The notes under the pieces were generated by a model. The model did not search any database. It was not told the origin of the DNA and saw only the letters and a program-made list of their open reading frames with translations. Shown in pieces: positions 38,170 through 48,237 of a stretch of DNA of 64,000 nt. Position 1 is the first letter of the stretch. Every line of letters begins with the position of its first letter. The position numbers and the translations under genes are program-made. The stretch lies in assembly GCA_045597865.1 (NCBI GenBank), contig JAZLKX010000025.1:32001-96000 (forward strand). Reading direction: 5' to 3'. This stretch comes from Bacilli bacterium. GTDB taxonomy: Bacteria > Bacillota_I > Bacilli_A > RFN20 > CAG-826.

Positions 38170-40070
38170 TTTCTAAGGTTCTTTCTAATCTCTTCTTTTA
38201 ATAAATTAAAATCAATTGGTTTTGCAACGTGACCATTCATTCCTGCTGCAATTGCTTTCTTCTTATCCTCATCAAAAGCATTTGCAGTCATAGCAATGAT
38301 TGGAATTATTTTAGCATCTTCTCTAGATAATTTCCTTATTTCTTGTGTAGATTCATATCCATTGAGTTCTGGCATCATAATATCCATTAATACAACATCA
38401 AATGAATTTGGTTCGCTATTCTTAAATATTTCAAGTGCTTTTTGACCATCTGTTGCAGGCGTAATTATTACGCCATTTTGTTCTAAGATTGTCTTAGCAA
38501 TTTCCATGTTAAGTTCATTATCTTCTGCGAGAAGAATTCTAAGGCCTTCCATTGTGAAATTATCATCCTTTGAAGCTAAAGCTTCTTCAGCTTGAGAGTC
38601 TGCAATTTTGAATGGAATTGTAATGAAGAATTCTGTTCCTTTTCCAAGTTCAGATTTAACTTCAATTTTACCTCTCATAAGATCGACAAGTTGTTTGGTA
38701 ATTGACATGCCAAGACCTGTGCCTTGATAGTTGCTTCTAGCAGTCTTTCTTTCTTGTGAGAATGGCTCAAAAATTTTCTTTGTAAATTCTTCACTCATTC
38801 CAACACCTGTATCTATAGTATGGAAGACATAATTAACATAACCATCAATCTCATCGGTTTGGTAAACTTCAAGGTCAACTCTTCCTTCGTTTGTAAACTT
38901 GACTGAGTTACCTAAAACGTTAATTAAAATTTGTCTAATTCTGGTTTCATCACCAATGATAAATGGATGAGTAGGAGTTTTTAAAAATTTGCACTTAAAT
39001 GTGATATCTTTTTTAGCGGCTTCTCCAAACATAATAAATGAGACTCCGCCGACAGCTTTTCTAATATCAATTCTTTCTTCATTTAGGAAGTCACTTTGTT
39101 TATTTTCGATACGTGTCATATCGAGGACATCATTAACCAAAGAAAGTAAGTGTTTTGATGCTGTGTCAATTTTATTGACATATTCTTTAACTTTCTTTGG
39201 ATCTTTTTCATCTTTTGCAAGATTTGTTAAGCCCATAATTCCGTTAATAGGAGTACGGATATCGTGGGACATATTTGCTAAGAATTCTTGCTTTGTTGCG
39301 TTAGCTTTTTGGGCTGCAGAAACTTCGTGGTAATCTTCCAAAAATGTTTCTCTTTGACGAGTAACGTTGATGGAATAAATTGCGACTGTGAAAACTGCAA
39401 AACCTAGTGAGTAGAATGGGCCATCTGGATAAGCCATTTGAAGTGCACCAAAAATAGCAGGAATAATTAAGAAGAATGCACCAGAGAAATATTTAACTGT
39501 TGGAGTTTTTTGATTAAAATGCATAAATCCTTTAATTACCGCGTATATTGCGAGCGGGATGTATTGGGCGAATTGTAAGGCGAAAACGACATAACGAACA
39601 GTTTTGTCGACTGTCATATAGACACCTTTGTCATTAATTTGGAACCAAAATCCTTTGCCTGTAGCATTTGAAATAATGTTAGTTAAAATTAAAGAAAGTT
39701 GGGCTGCCATTACAAGATATCTATAGATAGATACTATAAGTTTTTGATTTTTTTCTAGCTTAAAGAAATGAACAGCATAAATTGAAATTGCAACAGAAGA
39801 AGCAGCAGCAAAAATATGGAATAAATAAGTTGAAATTTCGTAAATCAATGGAGAAATAATAAAATCTGGTTTAACAGTAAAACCAATTACACCCCAAATA
39901 GCATCAATTCCACAGAAAGCGATAAAGAAGATAAAAATTTGAGTTAACTTCTTATCAACTGATTGTTTGTAAGCTGTTGAAACAGTTCTGTTTAAAATAA
40001 TTGCAACGATAAACGCGCAAATAACACCAACGTACGCATATAGTTGGTAGACAAATGTTTGAGCATCCAT
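38166..40070 (-). CDS. Hybrid sensor histidine kinase (multi-TM sensor, HisKA, HATPase, REC)
   Basis: ~7 TM N-terminus; FLANMSHDIRTP, NSVKFT, DTGVG, GTGLG; C-terminal REC (AEDN, MDIMMP, AKP). Confidence 0.94.
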   Translation of the reverse strand: MDAQTFVYQLYAYVGVICAFIVAIILNRTVSTAYKQSVDKKLTQIFIFFIAFCGIDAIWGVIGFTVKPDFIISPLIYEISTYLFHIFAAASSVAISIYAVHFFKLEKNQKLIVSIYRYLVMAAQLSLILTNIISNATGKGFWFQINDKGVYMTVDKTVRYVVFALQFAQYIPLAIYAVIKGFMHFNQKTPTVKYFSGAFFLIIPAIFGALQMAYPDGPFYSLGFAVFTVAIYSINVTRQRETFLEDYHEVSAAQKANATKQEFLANMSHDIRTPINGIMGLTNLAKDEKDPKKVKEYVNKIDTASKHLLSLVNDVLDMTRIENKQSDFLNEERIDIRKAVGGVSFIMFGEAAKKDITFKCKFLKTPTHPFIIGDETRIRQILINVLGNSVKFTNEGRVDLEVYQTDEIDGYVNYVFHTIDTGVGMSEEFTKKIFEPFSQERKTARSNYQGTGLGMSITKQLVDLMRGKIEVKSELGKGTEFFITIPFKIADSQAEEALASKDDNFTMEGLRILLAEDNELNMEIAKTILEQNGVIITPATDGQKALEIFKNSEPNSFDVVLMDIMMPELNGYESTQEIRKLSREDAKIIPIIAMTANAFDEDKKKAIAAGMNGHVAKPIDFNLLKEEIRKNLRK

Positions 40071-40121
40071 ATAAAATACCTGCTTTTCTTTAATTTAATA
40101 TTATATTAATTTTCACAGTTT

Positions 40122-40155
40122 TGAAAATATTTTCATAAAATTGTAAACACTTACA
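40122..40155. promoter_or_regulatory. Paired palindromic operator-like sites between the kinase and the lipoprotein gene
   Basis: TGAAAATATTTTCA (40122-40135) and TGTAAACACTTACA (40142-40155). Confidence 0.5.
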
Positions 40156-40278
40156 TATAAATAAAAATAAAATTTTATTTGCAATTTTCAAAATAATCTA
40201 TATTCTTTTTCACAAAAGAAAGTCGGTGTAAAAAATTATTATACTGGCTTTTCTTTAAAAAAATGAAAGGAGAATTTT

Positions 40279-43200
40279 ATGAAAAAATTCAAACTTCTTG
40301 TTACAAGCTTATTTGCTACTACAATGTTAGCAGCTTGTGGCGAAAAACCTTGCGAACACATTGATGATAATAAGGATCATTATTGTGATTTATGCAAGGA
40401 AAAACTTAGTGATCATGCTGATGACAATCACGATCATCTCTGTGAGTACTGCGGTAATATTCTTTCTGAGTGTGAACCAGGAGAGAATTCTCACACATGC
40501 GATTATTGTGGCAAAGTCTTCACTGAACACTATGACAACAACAAAGACGGCAAATGCGATATTTGTGATGAAGCATTACCAACAGTTACATCTGTAAAAA
40601 TTTCAAATGTTCCAGAGTACATTCTTGTTGAAGGTTCAGCCAAATTAGCAGTTAATGTCCAAGTTAAGGACGATGCTGGCAAAGATGTTGTTTGGTCATC
40701 AAGCAATCCTGATGTAGCAACAGTTGCTGCAGATGGTACTGTTACTGGCGTTAGCGCTGGCCAAGCAATTATTAGTGTTGCATCTTCTGTTGACGGTTCA
40801 AAATTTGATTCCGTAGTTGTCAAAATTGTTGATGAAGGTATTAAGGAAATCGAAATTCTCGATCTTCCTGAAGTAATTGGCCTTGGCGAATGGATTTTAC
40901 TTGACGCAGATGTTTCATTCTACGGCGAAGAAGAATCAGATTTTGTTTGGTCAATTGTTAAATATGAAGGCGAAGGAGACCTTCTCTTAGATACTGATTC
41001 AGATGGTACATGGATTCAAGGACTCGAACTTGGTTTTGTTGAAGTTCGTGCAGTTTCCGTTGATGATCCATCAGTCTATGCATCTCAATTTATTGAGGTC
41101 ATTGATAAAGGACCAGAACCAGATCTTTACAATTATGGCCTTCCATATTTAAAAGAAGATCCAAGCGATCTCTTAGAATTAGTCATTGGTGAAGGAGAAT
41201 ATGATTTATTTGTTCCATCAGAGAATATTTGCGAAAACGGATATTATTTCTATCCATTGATGACTGAATCTGGTGCATTAGTTGGTGCTGAACTCATTCT
41301 TAACATTGGCACTTACTTTGCTACAGAAGAACAAATGGCTCTCGGCTATCAACTTATGGGCGAATTAGATGGAGATGAAAATCTTTACTATTTCTGCGAC
41401 ATTTTTAATGATGATGCCAATTGCTATATGGACAGCACAAAGACTTATGAAATCGACTCAATTGTCGAAGGTGGCAATAACGATTACTACTTTACATTAG
41501 CCTATTACCGCACTGATGCACTTTATGCTGGTGACGAACTCACTGAAGATGAAGCATGGCCAGAAGAGGCTTCTGCATTCATGATCGAAAACTTTGGCGA
41601 AGAATTACCATTCGTCAAAATGGGTGCTGCATATGATTTTGATGTTCAAGTTCCAGATCCAGAAGATCCATATGATGATTCTGTTACAATGATTATGTTC
41701 TATGACTTCTCAACCAATCACGAAGTCACTGATAACCTTGGTGAATTCCTTGAAGCCCAAGGATTTACATTTGTTAAATCATCATGGACATATCAAAAAC
41801 CATTAGCATCTAATCCATTAAAGTCAATTACTGTTGAAAGTTACTATACTTCATACGGTAACACCATTGGTGTTTATATTGACAATACTGTTTTCCAAGC
41901 ATTCCCATCAGATGTCGTTAATGATTATGTTACAAACACACTTGGATCAGAAAATTCAGTTCCAGGCTTCACACTTTCAAGTGAAGAAATGACTGACTAT
42001 AGATTCTACCCAGCAACTGATACTGCAGATTACATTAAAGTTACAGGTTTATATGCAACTTATGATGAATTCGAAAGCTACTTAGCTGCTATTGCTGGCG
42101 AAGGTTATACTTGTGTTGCTTCTGAATTCTACGAAACAAGGAATCCAGAACATATCTATAATGCAACCTTCATTTTAGGTAAGATTCAATTAGAAGTTTC
42201 TTGTGACCCACAAGTTGAAATTGATTGGGATACATTTACAATCACAACTGATTGGGATTACTCAACTATTTCTATTAAAGTCAGTGATTCAGGATTAGAA
42301 GAAACTGCAGGTTTAACAATTGTTTCTAACAAAGAAGTTAGTGCTAGAATTGATGATGAATTTGATGTTGTAGCTGTTAGCTATGGCATTGATGCTTCTA
42401 AACTTACATTTACTTCAAGCGATGAAAGCATTGCAACAGTTGATGAAAATGGTCACGTTGTTGCAAAAGGAAAAGGCGAAGTCACAATTAAAGCAGAAAT
42501 TGTTGATGGCGAAACCTATTCTGATGAAGTTGCACTTAGTGTTAATTACAAAGTAAGCTCAGACGAAGTTGTATTTGCTGATCTTGATATGTCAAATTTA
42601 GGCAGTGTTGTTTCTGCAAAGAATACTTCCCTTGCAATGATTAAGGCAGAAGCTGAATCAGCTCCTGAATACAATGATGGTTATGTCTACCTTCCAGAAG
42701 GTTCACAAATCGTTGTTCAATTAGATGGCGATCACACTGCATCAAAGATTGAATTTGCTGCAGGTGAAGGTTCAGAAATCGACTTTACAGCTGACAACGG
42801 TGTTGTTGTCAAAGGCGCTTGGTATGCTGATGAAGAATCAGGTGTTCAAAATTCACTTGTTTTAACTGTCAATGCTGGTTGCTATATCAGCGGAATGAAC
42901 ATCACTATTGATGGCGATCTTGAAGATATTCCATCTGCAATTAGCATCTATGATGTTGCTTCAGATTTCATATATTGGTATAGTGATTCATTTGTATATT
43001 TCAATGATGCTTCATATTATGATATGAACTATCTTGATGTTTACTGTGGTTATGACACAGGAATGCTTGCTGAAGAATGGCTTGATGATGACTACACATT
43101 AGCTGATGTCCTTGAAGAAAATTCTTGGTTATGGGAATATATGTTACTTATTCCATTTGAACCAGATGCAGACGGAATTTACTTCAATCCAGATGGTAGC

Positions 43201-43311
43201 GCATGTGTTTGGTTACAATCAGAAGAACTTGATGCAGGCGGTATTATTATGACTGCAGATGTCATCGATGGTGAAATTATCATCGACATTAACTTCTGGG
43301 GCACATTCTAA
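40279..43311 (+). CDS. Giant acidic lipoprotein A: HxDxNxD(H/G)xCDxC repeats, Ig-like (Big_2) domains, WP/FP modules
   Basis: AAGGAG SD; lipobox LAAC; VVWSSSNPDVATV and FTSSDESIATV Big_2 signatures; D/E-rich. Confidence 0.85.
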   Translation: MKKFKLLVTSLFATTMLAACGEKPCEHIDDNKDHYCDLCKEKLSDHADDNHDHLCEYCGNILSECEPGENSHTCDYCGKVFTEHYDNNKDGKCDICDEALPTVTSVKISNVPEYILVEGSAKLAVNVQVKDDAGKDVVWSSSNPDVATVAADGTVTGVSAGQAIISVASSVDGSKFDSVVVKIVDEGIKEIEILDLPEVIGLGEWILLDADVSFYGEEESDFVWSIVKYEGEGDLLLDTDSDGTWIQGLELGFVEVRAVSVDDPSVYASQFIEVIDKGPEPDLYNYGLPYLKEDPSDLLELVIGEGEYDLFVPSENICENGYYFYPLMTESGALVGAELILNIGTYFATEEQMALGYQLMGELDGDENLYYFCDIFNDDANCYMDSTKTYEIDSIVEGGNNDYYFTLAYYRTDALYAGDELTEDEAWPEEASAFMIENFGEELPFVKMGAAYDFDVQVPDPEDPYDDSVTMIMFYDFSTNHEVTDNLGEFLEAQGFTFVKSSWTYQKPLASNPLKSITVESYYTSYGNTIGVYIDNTVFQAFPSDVVNDYVTNTLGSENSVPGFTLSSEEMTDYRFYPATDTADYIKVTGLYATYDEFESYLAAIAGEGYTCVASEFYETRNPEHIYNATFILGKIQLEVSCDPQVEIDWDTFTITTDWDYSTISIKVSDSGLEETAGLTIVSNKEVSARIDDEFDVVAVSYGIDASKLTFTSSDESIATVDENGHVVAKGKGEVTIKAEIVDGETYSDEVALSVNYKVSSDEVVFADLDMSNLGSVVSAKNTSLAMIKAEAESAPEYNDGYVYLPEGSQIVVQLDGDHTASKIEFAAGEGSEIDFTADNGVVVKGAWYADEESGVQNSLVLTVNAGCYISGMNITIDGDLEDIPSAISIYDVASDFIYWYSDSFVYFNDASYYDMNYLDVYCGYDTGMLAEEWLDDDYTLADVLEENSWLWEYMLLIPFEPDADGIYFNPDGSACVWLQSEELDAGGIIMTADVIDGEIIIDINFWGTF

Positions 43312-43336
43312 TACAAGGTATTTAGAAAATAAAATT

Positions 43337-43366
43337 GGTCAATCGGTTTCCGGTTGACCTTTTTTT
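43337..43366 (+). terminator. Intrinsic terminator
   Basis: GGTCAATCGG-TTT-CCGGTTGACC followed by T7. Confidence 0.85.
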
Positions 43367-43476
43367 ATAAAAAAACATTTGAAAATTGGTCTTTTTTTGA
43401 TACTAATCTTTCAAAATGTGTTGCTTTTTAAAATTCTTTCTATAAACTTAATGTTTAAAAGAAAGGAGATTTTTAT

Positions 43477-46400
43477 ATGAAAAAAATCAAACTTATTACA
43501 GCCTCATTTCTCGCAAGTGCAATGATGTTAGCTGGTTGTGGTGGAAACAATAATCCTGATGACCCAGATGATCATCAACACACTTTTTCAGAAAAGTGGA
43601 CAACTGACGACACATATCACTGGCACAAAGCTACTTGTGGTCATGATGTTGTAAGCGACAAAGGTGAGCACGTTGATGAAGACGGCGACCATTATTGTGA
43701 TGTTTGTGAAAAACAAGTTTCTGAACTTGATCCAGTTCCAGCAGTCACAAAAGTTACTGTTACCTTAACTTCAAATACAATTTATGAAGGTGAAACCACA
43801 GTAGCAAAAGCTAATGTTTCATCAGAAAACGGTGCACCTAAGACAGTTACTTGGTCATCCTCAAATGAAGCAGTTGCGACTGTTGATGCAGAAGGTAATG
43901 TCCAAGCTATCAAAGCTGGTACAGTAAAAATTATTGCTACATCAGTATTTGATTCAACAAAGAAAGGCGAGGCAACTCTTACAGTTAAAGTAGATCAAGG
44001 TTTTGATCCAACTTGGATTGAAGAAGGCTTTACTTACTCAAAAGAATTCCCAGTTGACATTGTCAAAGGATTCTTAGGAGAAGGTGAATACAAGATAGTT
44101 GTTCCATCAGAAATGTTAGAAGGTGGCGCATATTATCTTGAAGCAGAAGCTGATGCACAAGGTCCTGCATGTGTCGTTATTATTATTGACGGCGCACTTG
44201 ATGAATCATACGCCTATGATTTATTTGATGAAGGATTTGATAGAGTCTATTCTACTTCGTATGGATATGAAGCTGTTGATCCAACAGGAAAATACACAGT
44301 TTCAATGTATTGTGATTTTGATGAAGAAACTTATGAAGCAGCCGCTCCAACATACATTGAATTCTACAAATCAGCAGATGTTTGGGCAAGCTCAGAATTC
44401 ACTTCTGATGTTGCATGGGATGATGCAAAGATTGTGAATGAAGATTCAGACGAAATTGCTGTAGCAAAAGAATGGGTTTCTAAAGTTCCATTTGTTGCTC
44501 TTGGCGAAGATTACGAAATTGAATATGTAGCCGAAGATTCTAGAGACGAATACATTGAATTATTAGAAATGTTTGGTATTATTGACGAGACAACTTCTGA
44601 AGAAGAAATTGAATTCTATCTTGAATTATTAGGTTATACTGGACCAGAATATTACTTACAAATTTCTGACTATTCAGTCTGTAAACCATTTGAAGGATAC
44701 GATGATGTATTACTCAATGCAGGTTTTGCTTACATCGAATATGAAGATGAATATGGTGATGTATATGATTATTATGAAAAAGCAGATGGCTTAATTTCAT
44801 ATATTGTTTCATTTGGTTTCACCGAATCAGGTAACACTATTTACTTAGAAGAAGGTATTGCTACACTTGAAGCATTCCCAGTTGATGAAGCAAATGCTTT
44901 CATCAAAGATGTCTTAGGTTCTGAAAATAGCATTGTTGCTTACGAAGAAACCGAAGGCGCTTCATTCCAAGCAGTTGTTGGTGATGAAGAAATGGATATT
45001 CTTGTTGACTATGTAGATTTAACAGAAGCACAAGCCTATGCTGATAAATTAGAAGGTCTTGGCTTTGAAGTCGAATATATTCCAGCAGATGATTTCAATT
45101 ATCCATCATGGTTTGCCAAAAAAGGCAAATTAGTTGTCGAATTCTATCTTGAACAATTTCTTGATGAAGATACTGAATCATATCTTGATGAAGGACCACT
45201 TTATTTCTTCATTTATGCAGATCCAAATAAACACGAAGAACAAGGTATTTATTTACCAGAAGAAATTAATACAAACGTTAAAGTTGGTTTAGTTACACTT
45301 GATCCAGAATTAGTTAAATTAGGTGATAGTGTTAACTTAACTTGGACTTCTTCAGATGAAGGTGTTGCAACTGTTGATGCTGATGGTGTCGTTACATTAT
45401 TAGCAGCTGGTGAAGTTAATATCACAGTTACTACAGATGTTGCAATCCCAGATGTTGGTGGTTTCTTTAGCGCAACAACTAAATTAGTTGTTGCTGAAAA
45501 ACCAGATTTTGCTCCAGTTTTAGCAGATCTTAATGATGCTTTAGCATACTATGGCGGAACAGAAGTTCTTTCAGCTGATGAACTTCCAGAAATTGATTGT
45601 GCTGAATATGAATTCGAAGATTATTTCTTATACTATGGTTGCTATGTCATTTGGGGCGATGCTACAAATGAAACCGAGGCATCTTATGCCGAAAAGGTTG
45701 AAGCCTTAGGATTTGAAATTCTCGAAGATGAATATGGAAAATATTACGAAACCGAAGAATATCAAATTTACTTCTCATTATTCGAAGACGAAGATGAAGG
45801 CGATTACTTCCAAATTGAAGTTTACTTTAAACAAGTAGCTGCTGAAGGCGCAACATTTGATTTTTCTGAACTTTCAGGAACATCAGGTTCAATGAATGGA
45901 TTCTCATTTACAACTTCTAAAGCAGGTGGACAAAGTGACCCAGCTTATAATGATAATAAGTCAGAATTAAGACTTTATGCAAATAACACAATTACATTTA
46001 CATCAGAAGAACCAATGACAGAAATCTTCTTTGATGCAAATACTTGTGGTGAATCAAAAGCAACTGCTACATTTGTTAGCGCAAGCACAGGTTCAGTTTC
46101 AGAAGTTGACGGCGGCTTCCTCTGGGAAGGCAATGCAACTGAAGTTACATTAACTGTTAGCGGAAGCGGACAAATTCATATTAATTTGATTGATATTAAT
46201 GGCGGCGGTTCTGGCGGTGGCGGCGGAGGTGGCCAAAGCGAAGGTGATTTAGCCTCATGGCCAGCTTCACAAATCGCAGCTTGCTTAGAAGGCGGTACTG
46301 AACTTGTTCCACCAGCAGCAGAAGGTACAAGCTTTACTTTCGAAGAAAGTGATGAATATTATTATGATTGCTATGTTGGTGTTTATGGTGGTGATGCAGA

Positions 46401-46872
46401 TGCATATTTAGACACTCTTGAAAAAGCAGGTTTCGATGTAACTGATGAATATCTTGAAGATTATGGATGTATGACAGCAGTTTCTGCTGATGGTACATTA
46501 ACAATTGATCTTTACGAAGAAGATGGATACTATGTATTGGATATTTATGCTTCAGAACCATCAGAAACATATTCTTCATGGGCTGACATGGATGTTGAAT
46601 CATATTTCCCAGGTTTCTCTGGAACAATTCCAGCAGCAACAGGAAGTTCATTTGAACTTGCTGGTGAAGAAGGTTATATCCAAATCTACATTGAAGGTGG
46701 AGATGTTGATGCATATGTTTCAGCACTTTCTAAAGCCGGATATGATATCGATGATGAATATGGTGAATGGGGAATGTATTTTGCCCTTTCATCTGACGGC
46801 TCATTAGAAATTGATGCCATGGATTATGGCGATGGCACAGTTTTCATTCAAATGTATTGGGCTGAAGAATAA
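43477..46872 (+). CDS. Giant acidic lipoprotein B (paralog of A): His/Cys repeat, Big_2 domains, WP modules, poly-Gly linker
   Basis: Lipobox LAGC; TWSSSNEAVATV; collinear similarity to A (GEGEY..VPSE, AFP.D.......LGSENS). Confidence 0.85.
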   Translation: MKKIKLITASFLASAMMLAGCGGNNNPDDPDDHQHTFSEKWTTDDTYHWHKATCGHDVVSDKGEHVDEDGDHYCDVCEKQVSELDPVPAVTKVTVTLTSNTIYEGETTVAKANVSSENGAPKTVTWSSSNEAVATVDAEGNVQAIKAGTVKIIATSVFDSTKKGEATLTVKVDQGFDPTWIEEGFTYSKEFPVDIVKGFLGEGEYKIVVPSEMLEGGAYYLEAEADAQGPACVVIIIDGALDESYAYDLFDEGFDRVYSTSYGYEAVDPTGKYTVSMYCDFDEETYEAAAPTYIEFYKSADVWASSEFTSDVAWDDAKIVNEDSDEIAVAKEWVSKVPFVALGEDYEIEYVAEDSRDEYIELLEMFGIIDETTSEEEIEFYLELLGYTGPEYYLQISDYSVCKPFEGYDDVLLNAGFAYIEYEDEYGDVYDYYEKADGLISYIVSFGFTESGNTIYLEEGIATLEAFPVDEANAFIKDVLGSENSIVAYEETEGASFQAVVGDEEMDILVDYVDLTEAQAYADKLEGLGFEVEYIPADDFNYPSWFAKKGKLVVEFYLEQFLDEDTESYLDEGPLYFFIYADPNKHEEQGIYLPEEINTNVKVGLVTLDPELVKLGDSVNLTWTSSDEGVATVDADGVVTLLAAGEVNITVTTDVAIPDVGGFFSATTKLVVAEKPDFAPVLADLNDALAYYGGTEVLSADELPEIDCAEYEFEDYFLYYGCYVIWGDATNETEASYAEKVEALGFEILEDEYGKYYETEEYQIYFSLFEDEDEGDYFQIEVYFKQVAAEGATFDFSELSGTSGSMNGFSFTTSKAGGQSDPAYNDNKSELRLYANNTITFTSEEPMTEIFFDANTCGESKATATFVSASTGSVSEVDGGFLWEGNATEVTLTVSGSGQIHINLIDINGGGSGGGGGGGQSEGDLASWPASQIAACLEGGTELVPPAAEGTSFTFEESDEYYYDCYVGVYGGDADAYLDTLEKAGFDVTDEYLEDYGCMTAVSADGTLTIDLYEEDGYYVLDIYASEPSETYSSWADMDVESYFPGFSGTIPAATGSSFELAGEEGYIQIYIEGGDVDAYVSALSKAGYDIDDEYGEWGMYFALSSDGSLEIDAMDYGDGTVFIQMYWAEE

Positions 46873-46893
46873 TTCTTAAAACACATAATAAAG

Positions 46894-46924
46894 AAGTCTG
46901 TACCTTATGGTATGGACTTTTTTT
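46894..46924 (+). terminator. Intrinsic terminator overlapping the -35 region of the pheS promoter
   Basis: AAGTCTGTACC-TTAT-GGTATGGACTT plus T-tract; TGGACT-17 nt-TATAAT (46936-46941). Confidence 0.8.
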
Positions 46925-46945
46925 ATTTGCGTGTTTATAATATAA

Positions 46946-47174
46946 GCGCGAAGAAAAGAAGTAGTAACTCGATTACCTTAGATAATAGGGAATGTGGAAT
47001 AGTGGAACCCACAAGTGTCTAAGCCGAGTGAATTCACCTTGGAGCATCTTCTTGTAATGAGAAGCGTAAGCATCACGTTAAAGAGCAATAGCGCAACAAC
47101 AAAGTTGAATTAGGATGGCACCACGGAGAAATCCGTTCCTTATGTGTCATCTTTTTATTTTCTAGGGGGATGGA
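46946..47174 (+). ncRNA. T-box riboswitch (Phe)
   Basis: UUC specifier at 47033-47035; T-box AGGAUGGCACCACGG (47112-47126) with antiterminator partner CCGUUCCU. Confidence 0.88.
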
Positions 47175-47178
47175 AACC

Positions 47179-48219
47179 ATGTCAGAAATATTCCAAAAAG
47201 TCGCTGATCTAAAAGCGAAGATTCTAAAAGAATCTGAATCAATCCAAGATGAGGCAAGTTTAAAAGCTTTCCAAGACACTTATATGTCAAAGAAAAGCGA
47301 ACTTTCTCAACTTATGGGAGAAATTAGAAATCTTGAAGGCGAAGACAAAACAAAGTTTGGTCAAGCAATGAACGATGCAAGAAGTGCAGTAACTGTTGCA
47401 TTCCAAGCAAAGCAAAATGAAATTCAAGATGCTGCAATCGCAAAGAAACTTGAAGCAGAAAAGATTGATATCACTCTTCCAAGCTTTAACTATAAAATGG
47501 GAGGAATTAACCCATTCTATTTAATCCAAGACGAAATTATTGATACATTCGTCGCAATGGGTTACGAAGTAAAAGAAGGACCAGATGTTGAATCTGATTA
47601 CTACAACTTCGAAAGAATGAATATTCCTGCAGACCATCCTGCAAGAGAAATGCAAGATTCTTTATACATTAATCCAACAACCCTTTTAAGAACACACACT
47701 TCTCCAGAACAAGCACATGCTATGGATGAAAAGGGTGGTAAACCACTTATGATGATTTGCCCAGGCAAAACTTACCGTAGAGATGATGATGATGCAACAC
47801 ACTCACATCAATTCGGACAAATCGAAGGTTTAGTTGTTGGCAAAGGAATTACACTTGCTAACTTAAAAGCAACACTTGAACTTTTCGTAAGAAAAATGTT
47901 CGGTGAAAAACGCGAAGTTAGATTTAGAGGTTCTTATTTCCCGTTCACAGAGCCATCAGTAGAAGTTGATATTTCTTGTATGAACTGTGGTGGTAAAGGT
48001 TGTTCCATTTGTAAAGGCACAGGATTTATTGAAATCCTTGGTGCTGGTATGGTTCACCCAAATGTCTTAAAAATGTCAGGCTATGATCCAGAAGTTTATT
48101 CAGGATTCGCCTTTGGCGTTGGTATTGAAAGAGTAGCAATGCTTAGATATGGCATTGATGATATTCGTAAATTCTATCAAGGTGATGTTCGATTTATCGA
48201 ACAATTCACCAGAAAGTAA
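47179..48219 (+). CDS. pheS: Phenylalanine--tRNA ligase alpha subunit
   Basis: HPAREMQD, LRTHTS, YFPFTEPS, GFAFGVGIER; ATG at 47179 is correctly spaced from the AGGGGG SD (alternative ATG at 47170). Confidence 0.98.
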   Translation: MSEIFQKVADLKAKILKESESIQDEASLKAFQDTYMSKKSELSQLMGEIRNLEGEDKTKFGQAMNDARSAVTVAFQAKQNEIQDAAIAKKLEAEKIDITLPSFNYKMGGINPFYLIQDEIIDTFVAMGYEVKEGPDVESDYYNFERMNIPADHPAREMQDSLYINPTTLLRTHTSPEQAHAMDEKGGKPLMMICPGKTYRRDDDDATHSHQFGQIEGLVVGKGITLANLKATLELFVRKMFGEKREVRFRGSYFPFTEPSVEVDISCMNCGGKGCSICKGTGFIEILGAGMVHPNVLKMSGYDPEVYSGFAFGVGIERVAMLRYGIDDIRKFYQGDVRFIEQFTRK

Positions 48220-48237
48220 TAAAGGAGGGTTAAAGTT

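Noticed and set aside
40351-40569. Multiheme cytochrome c
   Set aside because: CxxC motifs are not followed by His (no CxxCH)
46201-46233. GGC-rich tract as a phase-variation site
   Set aside because: Imperfect in-frame trinucleotide run encoding a Gly linker; slippage would not switch the frame
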